47,546 bases of DNA, taken from contig JBHHXT010000018.1 in the NCBI GenBank assembly GCA_046757165.1, positions 1 to 47,546 on the forward strand, written 5' to 3'. This stretch comes from a bacterium. Its GTDB lineage: Bacteria > Zhuqueibacterota > Zhuqueibacteria > Oceanimicrobiales > Oceanimicrobiaceae. Of this stretch, positions 1 to 10,226 are shown in pieces. The translations under genes were made by a program, and so were the position numbers. Position 1 is the first letter of the stretch. Each line of letters begins with the position of its first letter. The notes below the pieces were generated by a model. It saw only the letters and a list, made by a program, of their open reading frames with translations. It searched no databases and was not told the DNA's origin.

Positions 1-83
1 TGGGGTTTGTTGACACACGGATTCAGGCTGGAAGCCTGAGATACTATGAAATTAGTATTGCCATTTCTGGGGTTTGTTGACAC
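1..83. repeat. 16-bp direct repeat (67-bp period) enclosing a REP-like palindrome; truncated by the window edge
   Basis: TGGGGTTTGTTGACAC at 1-16 and 68-83; hairpin TCAGGCT-GGA-AGCCTGA at 23-39. Confidence 0.6.
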
Positions 84-108
84 CCGAGTTCCAGGGCCCA
101 AAAACACC

Positions 109-137
109 TTGACTTGCTGTTGAAATATCTTTATATT
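109..137 (+). promoter_or_regulatory. sigma70-type promoter of the rib operon
   Basis: TTGACT (109-114), 17-bp spacer, TATATT (132-137). Confidence 0.65.
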
Positions 138-203
138 TATTTCTGTTTTGAATAGATAACTCAAGATAAAATAAGCTTTAATCCTGAGAGTTGGAACGCA
201 CCG

Positions 204-1304
204 GTGACCGACGACGAGTTGATAAGGAAAACGCTCACGCTGGCGAAGAAAGGGCAGGGCCATGTCAGCCCGAATCCCATGGTCGGCGCAGTGATCGTAA
301 AGGACAACCGGGTCATCGGAGAGGGGTATCATCGGAGATTTGGCCTGGAGCATGCTGAGGTCGTGGCCCTGAATTCCGCCCGGGAGAGTGCTTCAGGGGG
401 CAGCCTGTATGTCAACCTGGAGCCGTGTTCTCACTTCGGCAAGCAACCACCGTGCGTGGACCGCATTGTCGAATCCGGCATCCGGCGGGTCGTGGTCGGG
501 ACCCTCGATCCGAATCCCCGGGTACAGGGTCGGGGAATCCGGTTTCTTCTCGAGCATGGCATCGAGGTGGTATCCGGGGTTCTGGAGAAGAAGTGTCACC
601 AATTGAACGCACCGTTTTTCAAGCACGTCACCACGGGATTGCCCCTGGTCACGCTAAAGATCGCGCAGACGCTTGACGGCAGAATTACCGCCTCCGACGG
701 CGGCTCGAAGTGGATTTCTTCGCGGGAATCCAGAAAGGTCACGCACAAGCTGCGCCGCGAGCATGACGTCATTCTGGCCGGCATTGGCACGGTTCTCAAG
801 GACGATCCGCAGCTCAACGTCCGGCTTGTCGATGGCCAGCACCCGACGCGGGTCGTGCTCGATAGCGGTCTGCGCATTCCACTGGCGGCGAAATTGCTCA
901 ACGATTCGCTGGTGCAGCGCACCATCATCGCAACCACCGCGGGGCGCGAGTGCCGCGACAAGTGTGCGCAGCTCGAGCGAAAAGGGGCGCGGCTCTGGCA
1001 GATACCCATGACAGAAGCAAATCAGGTGGACCTGACGGCCCTGTGCCAGAAACTCGGGCAGGAGGGATTCACGTCCGTGCTGGTTGAAGGCGGGGCGCGT
1101 GTGTTTTCGAGCTTCTTGCGGGCTGGATTAGTGGATAAGCTGGCGATTTTCGTCGCCCCAAAGATTCTCGGCGCCGGGTTGAGCGCGGTACAAAACCTCG
1201 GCGTTGAACATTTGCAGGACTGCATTCAGCTCGTAGAGTTTAGCAGCAAAAAGGTCGGTCAGGATATTCTGCTGACTGGCAGTATCCTTTCAAATGGCTC
1301 ATAG
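204..1304 (+). CDS. ribD: Bifunctional diaminohydroxyphosphoribosylaminopyrimidine deaminase / 5-amino-6-(5-phosphoribosylamino)uracil reductase
   Basis: PNPMVGAV, HAE, LEPCSH...PPC zinc deaminase motifs; C-terminal reductase domain with VEGG. Confidence 0.97.
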   Translation: MTDDELIRKTLTLAKKGQGHVSPNPMVGAVIVKDNRVIGEGYHRRFGLEHAEVVALNSARESASGGSLYVNLEPCSHFGKQPPCVDRIVESGIRRVVVGTLDPNPRVQGRGIRFLLEHGIEVVSGVLEKKCHQLNAPFFKHVTTGLPLVTLKIAQTLDGRITASDGGSKWISSRESRKVTHKLRREHDVILAGIGTVLKDDPQLNVRLVDGQHPTRVVLDSGLRIPLAAKLLNDSLVQRTIIATTAGRECRDKCAQLERKGARLWQIPMTEANQVDLTALCQKLGQEGFTSVLVEGGARVFSSFLRAGLVDKLAIFVAPKILGAGLSAVQNLGVEHLQDCIQLVEFSSKKVGQDILLTGSILSNGS

Positions 1305-1307
1305 ACC

Positions 1308-1949
1308 ATGTTTACCGGACTGGTAGAAGAAGTTGGAGTTGTGCGGCAGGCGCAGCGGCGCGCGGGGGCGATTCGATTGACCGTGGCAGCAAAGACGGTT
1401 CTCCAGGACCTGGCGGTGGATGCGAGCATCGCTGTGAGCGGGGTCTGTCTGACCGTGGTCTCGGTTGCCGGGAGCACCTTTGACCTCGAGGCGGTGCAGG
1501 AGACGCTGCGCAAAACCACGCTCGGCGCGCTCCATCCAGGCTCAAAAGTCAACCTGGAACGCGCGCTTCGCTTTGCGGACCGGTTGGGGGGACACCTGGT
1601 GCAGGGGCACGTGGACAGTGTCGGCGAGGTCGTGGGTGTGCACGCTCAGGCCGCCGGAACGCTTCTAAGCATCCGTTTGCCGCCTGATAAGATGAAATAC
1701 GTCATCTCTGAAGGGTCCATTGCCGTCGATGGCGTCAGCTTGACCGTCGCACGCATCAAAAACAATGAAATCACGATTTCCTTGATTCCACATACCTCGA
1801 GCAAAACAACTCTGGGCGCCCTGACGATTGGCGACCCTGTCAACATCGAAGTTGACCTGGTCGGAAAATACGTGGAAAATATTCTGATGAAATCAGAGGG
1901 AACAGAGCTGTCAGAGAACAGGCTACGAGCTTTGGGTTTTCACACTTAA
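1308..1949 (+). CDS. ribE: Riboflavin synthase (alpha chain; called ribC in E. coli)
   Basis: N-terminal MFTGLVEE; duplicated lumazine-binding repeats (GVCLTV, GVSLTV; VNLE, VNIE); GGHLVQGHVD. Confidence 0.97.
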   Translation: MFTGLVEEVGVVRQAQRRAGAIRLTVAAKTVLQDLAVDASIAVSGVCLTVVSVAGSTFDLEAVQETLRKTTLGALHPGSKVNLERALRFADRLGGHLVQGHVDSVGEVVGVHAQAAGTLLSIRLPPDKMKYVISEGSIAVDGVSLTVARIKNNEITISLIPHTSSKTTLGALTIGDPVNIEVDLVGKYVENILMKSEGTELSENRLRALGFHT

Positions 1950-1964
1950 ACCGACAGTGGAGCT

Positions 1965-3224
1965 ATGTTTGACAAGATCGAAGATGCAATCGAAGACTAT
2001 CGTCAAGGCAAGATCCTGATCGTCATCGATGACGAGGATCGGGAGAATGAAGGTGACTTCATCATGGCGGCTGAGAAGGTCACGCCGGAAAAGATCAACT
2101 TCATGGCCAAATACGGCCGCGGCTTGATCTGTGTGCCAATGACAGGCGAACGCCTGGATAAGCTGGAGCTGCACTCGATGGTGCCAAAGAACACCGAGAA
2201 ACTGAAGACGTACTTTACGGTCTCGGTTGATGCCAAGCAGAACACCACCACTGGCATCTCGGCATTTGACCGCACCGAGACGATCCGGGCGCTGATCAAC
2301 CCGGAGACCCGGCCAGATGACCTGGCGCGACCGGGCCACATCTTCCCATTGCGTGCCCGCACAGGCGGCGTCCTCGTCCGCGCCGGGCACACCGAAGCAG
2401 TCGTTGACCTGGCCAAATTAGCGGGGATGTATCCTGCTGGCGTGCTTTGCGAGATCATGGATGATGATGGCACCATGGCCCGCGTGCCAAAGTTGAACGA
2501 GGTCGCCAAAAAGTTTGGTCTGAAATTCATCACTATTCAGGCCCTGATCGAGTACCGCCGGCGCACCGAGAAGCTGGTCAGGAGAAAAGTCACCACTGAG
2601 CTGCCGACCGAATATGGAGAATTCATCCTGCACCTGTATTCGAGCGAGATCGATCAGCAAGACCACGTGGCATTGGTCAAAGGAGATGTGAGTGCCGGTG
2701 AGCCGACGCTGGTCAGAGTGCACTCACAGTGTTTGACTGGGGATATCTTCGGGTCCATGCGCTGCGATTGTGGCGAGCAATTGCAAGCTGCCATGCGCAA
2801 GATAAGCGAGAACGGCAAAGGGGTGGTGCTCTATATGCGCCAGGAGGGGCGAGGCATCGGCCTGGAAAACAAGCTGAAGGCCTATAATCTGCAGGACCAG
2901 GGCAAGGATACGGTCGAAGCAAACGAAGCTCTGGGCTTCAAACCGGACCTGCGGCATTATGGCGTGGGTGCACAAATCCTGTATGACCTGGGGATTCGCA
3001 AAATCCGGCTGCTGACAAACAACCCCAAGAAAATCGTCGGCATCTCCGGTTACGGCCTGGAGGTCGTGGAACGGGTCAATATCGAGGTGCCGCCCAACAA
3101 AGTAAATGCGAAGTACCTGGCCACGAAGCGTGACAAGTTGGGACACATGCTGAGTCTCGAGGAGCCGGACGACCACACAAAACATCAATTCTTGATCAAT
3201 AACATGGATGGGGAGCTGAAATGA
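1965..3224 (+). CDS. ribBA: Bifunctional 3,4-dihydroxy-2-butanone-4-phosphate synthase / GTP cyclohydrolase II
   Basis: [57 protein letters not shown]. Confidence 0.97.
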   Translation: MFDKIEDAIEDYRQGKILIVIDDEDRENEGDFIMAAEKVTPEKINFMAKYGRGLICVPMTGERLDKLELHSMVPKNTEKLKTYFTVSVDAKQNTTTGISAFDRTETIRALINPETRPDDLARPGHIFPLRARTGGVLVRAGHTEAVVDLAKLAGMYPAGVLCEIMDDDGTMARVPKLNEVAKKFGLKFITIQALIEYRRRTEKLVRRKVTTELPTEYGEFILHLYSSEIDQQDHVALVKGDVSAGEPTLVRVHSQCLTGDIFGSMRCDCGEQLQAAMRKISENGKGVVLYMRQEGRGIGLENKLKAYNLQDQGKDTVEANEALGFKPDLRHYGVGAQILYDLGIRKIRLLTNNPKKIVGISGYGLEVVERVNIEVPPNKVNAKYLATKRDKLGHMLSLEEPDDHTKHQFLINNMDGELK

Positions 3225-3685
3225 ATTCGTTTGAGGGCAAGCTTCGTGCAGAGGGAAAGAAATTCGGAATCGTGATCGGACGGTTCAATGTCTATATCGG
3301 CCGGGAGCTGTTGGCGGGCGCCAAAGATTGTCTGTGTCGGCATGGCGCAAGAGAAGAGGACATTTCTGTCGCCTGGGTCCCCGGCTCTTTTGAGATCCCG
3401 ATGGTCGCTCAGGCCATGGCCTCGTCGCGGAAATACGATGCAGTCATCTGTTTGGGCGTGCTGATTCGGGGCCAGACGCCGCATTTCGACTACATTGCCG
3501 CCGAGGCAACCAAGGGGATCGCCCACGTAGGCCTCACCACCGGCGTGCCGACTTCTTATGGTGTCATTACCGCCGACACTCTGGAGCAAGCCATCGAACG
3601 CGCGGGAACGAAGGCGGGCAACAAGGGATGGGATGCAGCGCTTGCCGCTATCGAGATGGCTGACCTGCTCACGCAATTATCATGA
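3221..3685 (+). CDS. ribH: 6,7-dimethyl-8-ribityllumazine synthase
   Basis: [38 protein letters not shown] overlap with ribBA. Confidence 0.97.
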   Translation: MNSFEGKLRAEGKKFGIVIGRFNVYIGRELLAGAKDCLCRHGAREEDISVAWVPGSFEIPMVAQAMASSRKYDAVICLGVLIRGQTPHFDYIAAEATKGIAHVGLTTGVPTSYGVITADTLEQAIERAGTKAGNKGWDAALAAIEMADLLTQLS

Positions 3686-5928
3686 ACTTGACTTTTCGGG
3701 GAGTTGTGATCCAGATGATTTACCGGACGTGTCTCTTTTCTTTTTGCATGCTAATCCTCCTGTCCGGCCCGGCCCGGACGCAGGTTGTGGAATGGCAAAG
3801 TTTCACCAGCGTCGGAACGATTCGTGACATGGATATCGCCTCCGGGTCTGTGTGGGCGGCCTCCAGCGGTGGCGTATTGCGACTTCGCGGCCCGGAGCAT
3901 CTCAGCAGCAAGTTTACCAACACCGAGGGGTTGACCGCCAACGATGTCGTGGCGGTCGAGATCGACCGGCGGGGTTCAATTTGGTTTGCCCTGGCTGATG
4001 GCGTGCTCAATCGCTACTTCCCCGAACAAGAGCGGTGGGAAATCGTGCAGGACTACCAGGAGCAACAGATTACCGCCATCGTGGCATTCGGCGACTCGCT
4101 CTACCTGGCTCTGGGGATTGGGGTGAGTCTGTACACCATCGACAAGCGCGAAGTGAAAGAGACCTACACCAACTTTGGTCTCTCCTCGGGGGCCAACGTC
4201 GAGAAGATCGCCGCAAATTCCGTGTTCCTGAACGGCACCGATATCTGGGTTTCGACCAGCAAGGGCATCGCCAAATCGTCGATCACGCTTCCCAATTTGC
4301 AGGCCCCCTCCAGTTGGGTGCAATTTACCACCCAGCAAGGATTGCCGAGCAATGAAATCAGCAACATTGTCGTCCTGGGTGGCGTCTCGTATGCTGCCAC
4401 CAGTTCAGGAGTTGCACGGCAGGTTTCGGGCCAGTGGCAGCGTGTCGGCTCTTTGACCAGCCCAATCGTCACCCTGGCTCTGGCTCAGGCCAATCGGTTT
4501 TTTGAAGTTAGCACCGTGCTTGCGGTGACGGGCAATGGCGTGTTCTGGCTCGACCCGTCAGATAGCTGGCAGCCATTGGGTGCGGAACTCGATGACGTCA
4601 CCGCGGTCGCGGCTGACGAGGCGGGCAACGTCTGGATAGGACGGCAGAACCTGGGCCTGGCAACTTTTGATTTCGACAGGACGGAGTGGAACCTGTTCGT
4701 CATAAACGGTCCGGCGAGCGATGATTTCAAAAGCATGACGCTGGACTCAAAAGGCCGGCTCTGGTGTGCGTCGCAAGTCGGTGGCATCCACATGCTGGAG
4801 GGAAGCAAGTGGAGGAATTTTTCAAGAACCACCGGCCTGCCCAGCAATGACTACCGCACCATCATTGAAGACCATGACGGCAGGATCTGGGTCGGAAGCT
4901 GGGGCGGTGGCATCACCATCCTGGAAGAGACAGCGCCGGACTCGTTCAGGATATCGAGAATCGATACCTCTGATGGCGTTCTTTCTGCCTTTGAACCCAA
5001 TTCGGCATTTGTGCTCGTCAACGGCATGACCAGAGACCAGGCGGACAACATCTGGATCCTGAACCGGCAGGCCGTCAACACGCGAGTGCTGGCAAGCCGC
5101 ATGCCCGATGATACCTATGTCCATTTTTCTACCAATGCGGGTCTCAAATCGAGATTTGTCAACCATATCGAAATCGACCGCGGCGGCCGTGTGTGGCTCG
5201 GCACCGACGACCAGGGGATTCAGGTAATCGATTACAACGGAACCCTCTCCAACCCCTCTGATGATGACTTCAGCCAGGGACTCACCACCAATGACGGCCT
5301 GTTCAAGAATGAAATTACGGCTCTGGCTGAAGACCTGGATGGCACGATGTGGATTGGAACGGTCGAAGGACTCCATTTCTGGGCGGGCGGTTTGGTCGGC
5401 AATCAGTTCGGGATTATCAACAACGCCATCACCGCTATCGGGGTCGACGGCCGCAACAACAAGTGGATCGGCACCATTAATGGCCTGACCCTGCTGCGGC
5501 GGGACCGTGACAAGATCGCTGACTTTGCACCCGGCAACAGTCCATTGGTGAGCGGCAACATTCAATCGTTTGCCTTTAACGAAAACACCGGCGAGGTCTG
5601 GATTGGAACGGACCAGGGTCTGTCCCGCGCCATCACTCTGTTTACCGCGCCAAAGGAGGACCTGAGTCAGCTGACCGGCTTTCCCAACCCGTTCGTCATC
5701 GATGGCTCAGGCCGGCGTTTCACCATTACCAACCTGGCCGAGGACACCAGTGTCAGCATTTACACGCCCTCGGGAGTGTTGGTGAAGTCGTTCGCCGATG
5801 AGGCGCAGGTTTTATGGGATGGCACGGATAGAGAGGGTAATCCGGTCGCAAGCGGAATTTATGTTTTTCTTGCGTATACAAACAATAACATTTCTGCTTC
5901 GGGAAAGGTCGCCGTCATCCGGCGCTAA
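3682..5928 (+). CDS. PorZ-like secreted two-component-regulator-type beta-propeller protein with C-terminal FlgD-Ig/T9SS type A-like domain (alternative start 3715)
   Basis: Signal peptide; repeated GL.SN....I..D..G.IW.G(T) propeller blades; C-terminus FPNPF...SIYTPSG.LV...WDG.D..G..VASGIY...GKVAVIR. Confidence 0.75.
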   Translation: MNLTFRGVVIQMIYRTCLFSFCMLILLSGPARTQVVEWQSFTSVGTIRDMDIASGSVWAASSGGVLRLRGPEHLSSKFTNTEGLTANDVVAVEIDRRGSIWFALADGVLNRYFPEQERWEIVQDYQEQQITAIVAFGDSLYLALGIGVSLYTIDKREVKETYTNFGLSSGANVEKIAANSVFLNGTDIWVSTSKGIAKSSITLPNLQAPSSWVQFTTQQGLPSNEISNIVVLGGVSYAATSSGVARQVSGQWQRVGSLTSPIVTLALAQANRFFEVSTVLAVTGNGVFWLDPSDSWQPLGAELDDVTAVAADEAGNVWIGRQNLGLATFDFDRTEWNLFVINGPASDDFKSMTLDSKGRLWCASQVGGIHMLEGSKWRNFSRTTGLPSNDYRTIIEDHDGRIWVGSWGGGITILEETAPDSFRISRIDTSDGVLSAFEPNSAFVLVNGMTRDQADNIWILNRQAVNTRVLASRMPDDTYVHFSTNAGLKSRFVNHIEIDRGGRVWLGTDDQGIQVIDYNGTLSNPSDDDFSQGLTTNDGLFKNEITALAEDLDGTMWIGTVEGLHFWAGGLVGNQFGIINNAITAIGVDGRNNKWIGTINGLTLLRRDRDKIADFAPGNSPLVSGNIQSFAFNENTGEVWIGTDQGLSRAITLFTAPKEDLSQLTGFPNPFVIDGSGRRFTITNLAEDTSVSIYTPSGVLVKSFADEAQVLWDGTDREGNPVASGIYVFLAYTNNNISASGKVAVIRR

Positions 5929-6017
5929 GACACCCTCGTGGTAAGATATTAGCCATAGGTGGCCGAGAATGAATCAGGAACAATGTGGCAAAGTAGAAAG
6001 GTGCAGATGAGGGTGAG

Positions 6018-7727
6018 ATGCTAATATCGCTCACGGTGAAAAATTACGCCGTCATTGCAGACGCTGAGATCCAATTTGGGCGCGGACTCAACATTTTGAC
6101 CGGTGAGACCGGCGCGGGCAAGTCGATCATCCTGGGTGCGCTTGCGACCATATTGGGCGATCGCGTCGATACATCTGTCTTGCGTGCGCGTGCAGATAAA
6201 GCGATTATCGAGGGCCATTTTGATATCAGCAACAACGCCGTGCTCGAGGCTTACTTGCAGGAGCACGGCCTTCAGGACCAGGCGGAGGATCTTTGGCTGC
6301 GACGTGAAATTCATCAAAACGGGCGAACGCGCGCCTTCATCAACGACACGCCTGTTCAATTGTCAGTTTTGCAAGAAGTCGGCGATTGGCTCGTTGACCT
6401 GCATGGTCAGCATGAGCACCAGTCCCTGCTGAAAGTGCAGAGTCATCTCAGGTTCCTGGACCAATACGGCGACCTGGAGATGGCGGTGCGTGGCCTGGCT
6501 TCCGCTTTCAAGCGGTTGCAAAAACTCTCACTGCAATTGCAAGAGGTGGAACAAAGACAAAAGAACGTGCAGGAAAAAAGTGACTTCTATTCCTTTCAAA
6601 TTGATGAAATTAGTAAAGTTAACCCCACTGCGGAAGAGGAGCAGGAGCTGCTGAAGGAAGAAAAGATAATCCAGCACAGCGAGCGGCTCTACAATTTGAC
6701 GCAGGAATTGTCGCGCATCCTTTACGATGACCATGCCTCGATATTCGACCAACTTAGCCACTTGCAAACTGGTCTTCTAGAGCTTGAAGGTATCGACGAT
6801 AGCTTCTCGCAGTACAAAAAGGAGTGTGAATCCGTCCGTCTCATCATCGAAGAGATGGCCAAAGCATTTCAAACCTACGGCTCAAAAATCGAGTTCAATC
6901 CCCAGCGTCTGGAGGCGATCCAGAATCGGATCTCAGAGCTGTCCGGCCTGAAGAAAAAGTACGGTCGCGATCTGAAGGGGATTCTCGAGTATCGGGAGCA
7001 GATAAGCGAGGAGCTCGCCCGGTTTGAGAGCCTGGCCGATGAGATCGCGGCTGTGCGGCAGGAAATCGAGGCAGAAAAGGCCACCCTGACCCGGCTTTCT
7101 CTCGACTTGAGCCAAAAGCGACAGGCGGTGGCAGACAAGGTTCAGAGCCTGATCCCTGAGGTTTTAGCTTATTTGGGCATGCCTGGATCCCGTTTCAAAG
7201 TGGTGCTCAAGTATCAAGATGATCCAAATGGAGCGGTCACGGTTCAGGGTAGACCGGTAAGGGTAAACGCGTCTGGCATAGATTTTGCTGAATTCATGAT
7301 CTCAACCAATGTCGGCGAGGAGGAGAGACCGCTCGCAAAGGTCGCATCCGGCGGCGAAATATCCCGAATCATGCTGGCTCTAAAATCGATCATGGCGAAA
7401 CAAGGCCAGGTTCCCGTTCTGATCTTTGATGAAATCGATATTGGAGTTTCGGGAAGGATGGCACGTGCGGTTGGGCGGAAGTTGCGGGAGCTTTCGGACT
7501 TTCATCAAGTGATTTGTATCACTCACTTGCCGCAGATTGCCAGTATGGGACATCACCACTACCTTGTCGAAAAGACTGAGCGTACAGGGCGAATGGAGAC
7601 GACGATTCGAAAACTCGCAGCCGCTGAAATAGAAGAGGCCATCGCGAAGCTCCTGGCAGGAGAAAGCGTTTCTGAAGCGCACCTGAACAGTGCGCGCGAG
7701 CTCTTACAAGATGCTGTCGTAACTTAG
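6018..7727 (+). CDS. recN: DNA repair protein RecN
   Basis: LTGETGAGKS Walker A, DLHGQHEHQ, coiled coil, ASGGEISR signature, IFDEID Walker B, ITHLPQIA. Confidence 0.97.
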   Translation: MLISLTVKNYAVIADAEIQFGRGLNILTGETGAGKSIILGALATILGDRVDTSVLRARADKAIIEGHFDISNNAVLEAYLQEHGLQDQAEDLWLRREIHQNGRTRAFINDTPVQLSVLQEVGDWLVDLHGQHEHQSLLKVQSHLRFLDQYGDLEMAVRGLASAFKRLQKLSLQLQEVEQRQKNVQEKSDFYSFQIDEISKVNPTAEEEQELLKEEKIIQHSERLYNLTQELSRILYDDHASIFDQLSHLQTGLLELEGIDDSFSQYKKECESVRLIIEEMAKAFQTYGSKIEFNPQRLEAIQNRISELSGLKKKYGRDLKGILEYREQISEELARFESLADEIAAVRQEIEAEKATLTRLSLDLSQKRQAVADKVQSLIPEVLAYLGMPGSRFKVVLKYQDDPNGAVTVQGRPVRVNASGIDFAEFMISTNVGEEERPLAKVASGGEISRIMLALKSIMAKQGQVPVLIFDEIDIGVSGRMARAVGRKLRELSDFHQVICITHLPQIASMGHHHYLVEKTERTGRMETTIRKLAAAEIEEAIAKLLAGESVSEAHLNSARELLQDAVVT

Positions 7728-7732
7728 GAGGT

Positions 7733-8995
7733 GTGTTGGACAAGATTGTCATACAGGGTGGGAAGCCGTTGCAGGGAAAGGTGGAAATTGGCGGCGCGAA
7801 GAATGCCGTGCTGCCCATCATGGCCGCAACCCTGCTGGCCGAAGGTGTTTTTCACATCGAGAATGTGCCGGATCTGCGGGATGTCAAGACGATGGCACAT
7901 CTGCTGCGCATCATCGGGGCCAGGGTTGAATTCGAGAATCATACCCTCACCATTGACACACACCATTGCAATTTCTTCGAGGCGCCGTACGAGCTGGTCA
8001 AAACCATGCGCGCTTCGATTTATGTTCTGGGACCCTTGCTTGCCAAATTCTCGCAAGCCAGGGTTTCCCTACCCGGCGGCTGCGCCATCGGGTCGCGGCC
8101 GGTAGATTTGCACGTCAAAGGGTTGCAGATGCTCGGCGCTGACATCACCCTCGAGCGCGGATACATCGTCGCCAGGGCGAGGAAATTGACCGGCGCCAAT
8201 ATCAATTTTGATATTTCGAGCGTTGGCGCAACCGGCAACGTGTTGATGGCCGCTGCTTTGGCAGAAGGCAAAACAGTGCTCGATAATGCCTCGCGGGAGC
8301 CGGAAGTCAGCGCGCTGGCAGAGTTTCTGGTCAAAATGGGGGCGAGCATCGAGGGCATCGGGACCTCACGTCTGACCATTGACGGGGGCAAAAGACTTCA
8401 GCCGGCTGATTATCATGTCATCCCTGACCGAATCGAGACCGGGACGTTCATGATAGCTGCTGCGATCACTGCCGGCGAGGTCGAGCTCACGGGTACGGAC
8501 CCCGCACTGGTTGCCAGTTTGGTTGCGAAGCTGGGCGAGATCGGTGTTCGTGTGGAGCTGGGCCAGTCAACAATTCATTGCCAGTCACCAGAGAAGGTGC
8601 AGGCAGCCAATATTACCACCTCGCCCTTTCCCGGGTTTGCCACGGATTTGCAGGCGCAGTGGATGGCGCTCATGTCTGTGGCAGAAGGCAGCAGTGTCCT
8701 CACCGAGACGATCTTTTTTGACCGCTTCATGCATGTCGCCGAGCTCAACCGCCTGGGGGCACAAATTGAAATGAACGAAAATGTCGCGGTCGTAAAAGGG
8801 GTGGAGCGACTGGTTGGAGCGCCCGTGATGTCGACTGACCTGCGCGCAAGTGCCAGTCTCATCCTGGCCGGACTGCAAGCCGAGGGGCAAACTGAGGTTT
8901 TGCGCGTTTATCATTTGGACCGGGGATATGAGAGAATCGAGAAGAAATTGCAGGCCCTGGGGGCACAAATCTGGCGAGAAGCAGGGGGACTGTAA
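7733..8995 (+). CDS. murA: UDP-N-acetylglucosamine 1-carboxyvinyltransferase
   Basis: GAKNAVLP, MRASI, LPGGCAIGSRP (catalytic Cys), PDRIE, TDLRA, HLDRGYE; RBS AGGAGG before GTG start. Confidence 0.97.
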   Translation: MLDKIVIQGGKPLQGKVEIGGAKNAVLPIMAATLLAEGVFHIENVPDLRDVKTMAHLLRIIGARVEFENHTLTIDTHHCNFFEAPYELVKTMRASIYVLGPLLAKFSQARVSLPGGCAIGSRPVDLHVKGLQMLGADITLERGYIVARARKLTGANINFDISSVGATGNVLMAAALAEGKTVLDNASREPEVSALAEFLVKMGASIEGIGTSRLTIDGGKRLQPADYHVIPDRIETGTFMIAAAITAGEVELTGTDPALVASLVAKLGEIGVRVELGQSTIHCQSPEKVQAANITTSPFPGFATDLQAQWMALMSVAEGSSVLTETIFFDRFMHVAELNRLGAQIEMNENVAVVKGVERLVGAPVMSTDLRASASLILAGLQAEGQTEVLRVYHLDRGYERIEKKLQALGAQIWREAGGL

Positions 8996-9083
8996 TTTTT
9001 GTGAGAAATATCATGGGGAACTTAATCAACGTGAGTAATCGGTTTTTGCACCGGTTAGTGTTTCAAGAGAAGGAGTACGCATC

Positions 9084-9977
9084 ATGACAGAGTTAAGAAA
9101 GATTTTCGGAACCTCCCTATTATCCTTGATGCTGGTGATTTGGGGGCTCTTCATGGTTTGCAGCGGACGCGTACCGGACGTCGTTTACGAAGATGACTTC
9201 ATGGTGGACGATGTGGCTTTCCAGGACGATTTACCCGAAGATGACAATTCAGAGTTGATGACACAACTGGCGGTTCTCGATGATGATGAGACCACGAGAC
9301 TGGAAGATCATCAAAGAAACGAGATTCTCGAAGCCCTGGGGATTGATCTGGGAGGCTCGGAGATCAGCCGCAAGGAGGAAGAGGAGTTTCTCAACGAGGA
9401 GCTCTTCCTGGACCTGGAAGTCGAGATCGCGGAGCTCGAAAAGCTGAACAAGCGCAAGAATACGGTCGCAGATAGTCTCCGCACCGAGTTGCAAGATGCC
9501 GACTACCATCTCACCGCGTTGAATCGCGTTGTTGGAGAGGAAGGCGCGCAATATGCTTCTTCAACGCGGACCGCGCCCAGGCTGAACGCCGGTAGCAATT
9601 CGCAATTTGCAGCAGAGTATCAAGATGCGCTCGACGAAGTTTATTCGCGCCGGTTCACAGCGGCCATAGCGAAATTCAGACAACTGCTGCTGCAAATGGA
9701 CATTCGGGATAACCTTGCCGACAATTGCCAGTACTGGATCGCGGAGTCCTACTATGCCATGGCCAGCTACGAGGCCGCTATCGCTGAATTTGAAAAAGTA
9801 TTTGCATTCGACAACAACAACAAAGAGGATGACGCCCAATTCATGATCGGGCTGACCTACATCAAGCTCGGTAATTCCTCCCTGGCGCAAATGGAACTGC
9901 AGAACTTGATGATATTCTATCAGGACAGCGAGTATGTCGCGCGCGCTGAGCGTGAGTTTGGTGAGTTGAACATCTAA
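9084..9977 (+). CDS. Exported acidic coiled-coil plus TPR protein, CpoB/YbgF-like
   Basis: Hydrophobic N-terminus ending in Cys-Ser-Gly (possible lipoprotein); C-terminal TPRs LADNCQYWIAESYY...AIAEFEKV...DDAQFMIG. Confidence 0.7.
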   Translation: MTELRKIFGTSLLSLMLVIWGLFMVCSGRVPDVVYEDDFMVDDVAFQDDLPEDDNSELMTQLAVLDDDETTRLEDHQRNEILEALGIDLGGSEISRKEEEEFLNEELFLDLEVEIAELEKLNKRKNTVADSLRTELQDADYHLTALNRVVGEEGAQYASSTRTAPRLNAGSNSQFAAEYQDALDEVYSRRFTAAIAKFRQLLLQMDIRDNLADNCQYWIAESYYAMASYEAAIAEFEKVFAFDNNNKEDDAQFMIGLTYIKLGNSSLAQMELQNLMIFYQDSEYVARAEREFGELNI

Positions 9978-10011
9978 CCGTTCCGCTCTTCTTCACAACT
10001 TCGCAAAATAA

Positions 10012-10041
10012 TTGCTTTCTTTTTGCAATATATTTTATTAT
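10012..10041 (+). promoter_or_regulatory. sigma70-type promoter upstream of dnaE
   Basis: TTGCTT (10012-10017), 18-bp spacer, TATTAT (10036-10041) in an AT-rich tract. Confidence 0.5.
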
Positions 10042-10046
10042 TTATT

Positions 10047-10111
10047 ATAGCAGCATAAAATGAACGTAACGGAGTCGCCACAGGAGGGACTCCGTTACGT
10101 TTCGTTGCTAT
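10047..10111. other. Long hairpin in the dnaE upstream region (structured leader or small RNA)
   Basis: Perfect 14-bp inverted repeat AACGTAACGGAGTC (10063-10076) / GACTCCGTTACGTT (10088-10101); outer ATAGCA/TGCTAT; loop GCCACAGGAGG. Confidence 0.6.
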
Positions 10112-10226
10112 GAGAGGTGGAGAGAGCGTCCCTTTGCTTGTCGGTCTAAAAAGAACACCTCCCCCTTAGGTTCGTCTTAATTTTCTACAATTTCTCACAC
10201 GAGCTTCATCGGTCAGACAGAGATCT

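Noticed and set aside
1..83. CRISPR array
   Set aside because: Only two 16-bp copies are visible, there are no cas genes in the window, and the intervening sequence is itself palindromic.
138..203. FMN riboswitch upstream of the rib operon
   Set aside because: Only about 60 nt lie between the promoter and the ribD start, and no RFN motifs are visible.
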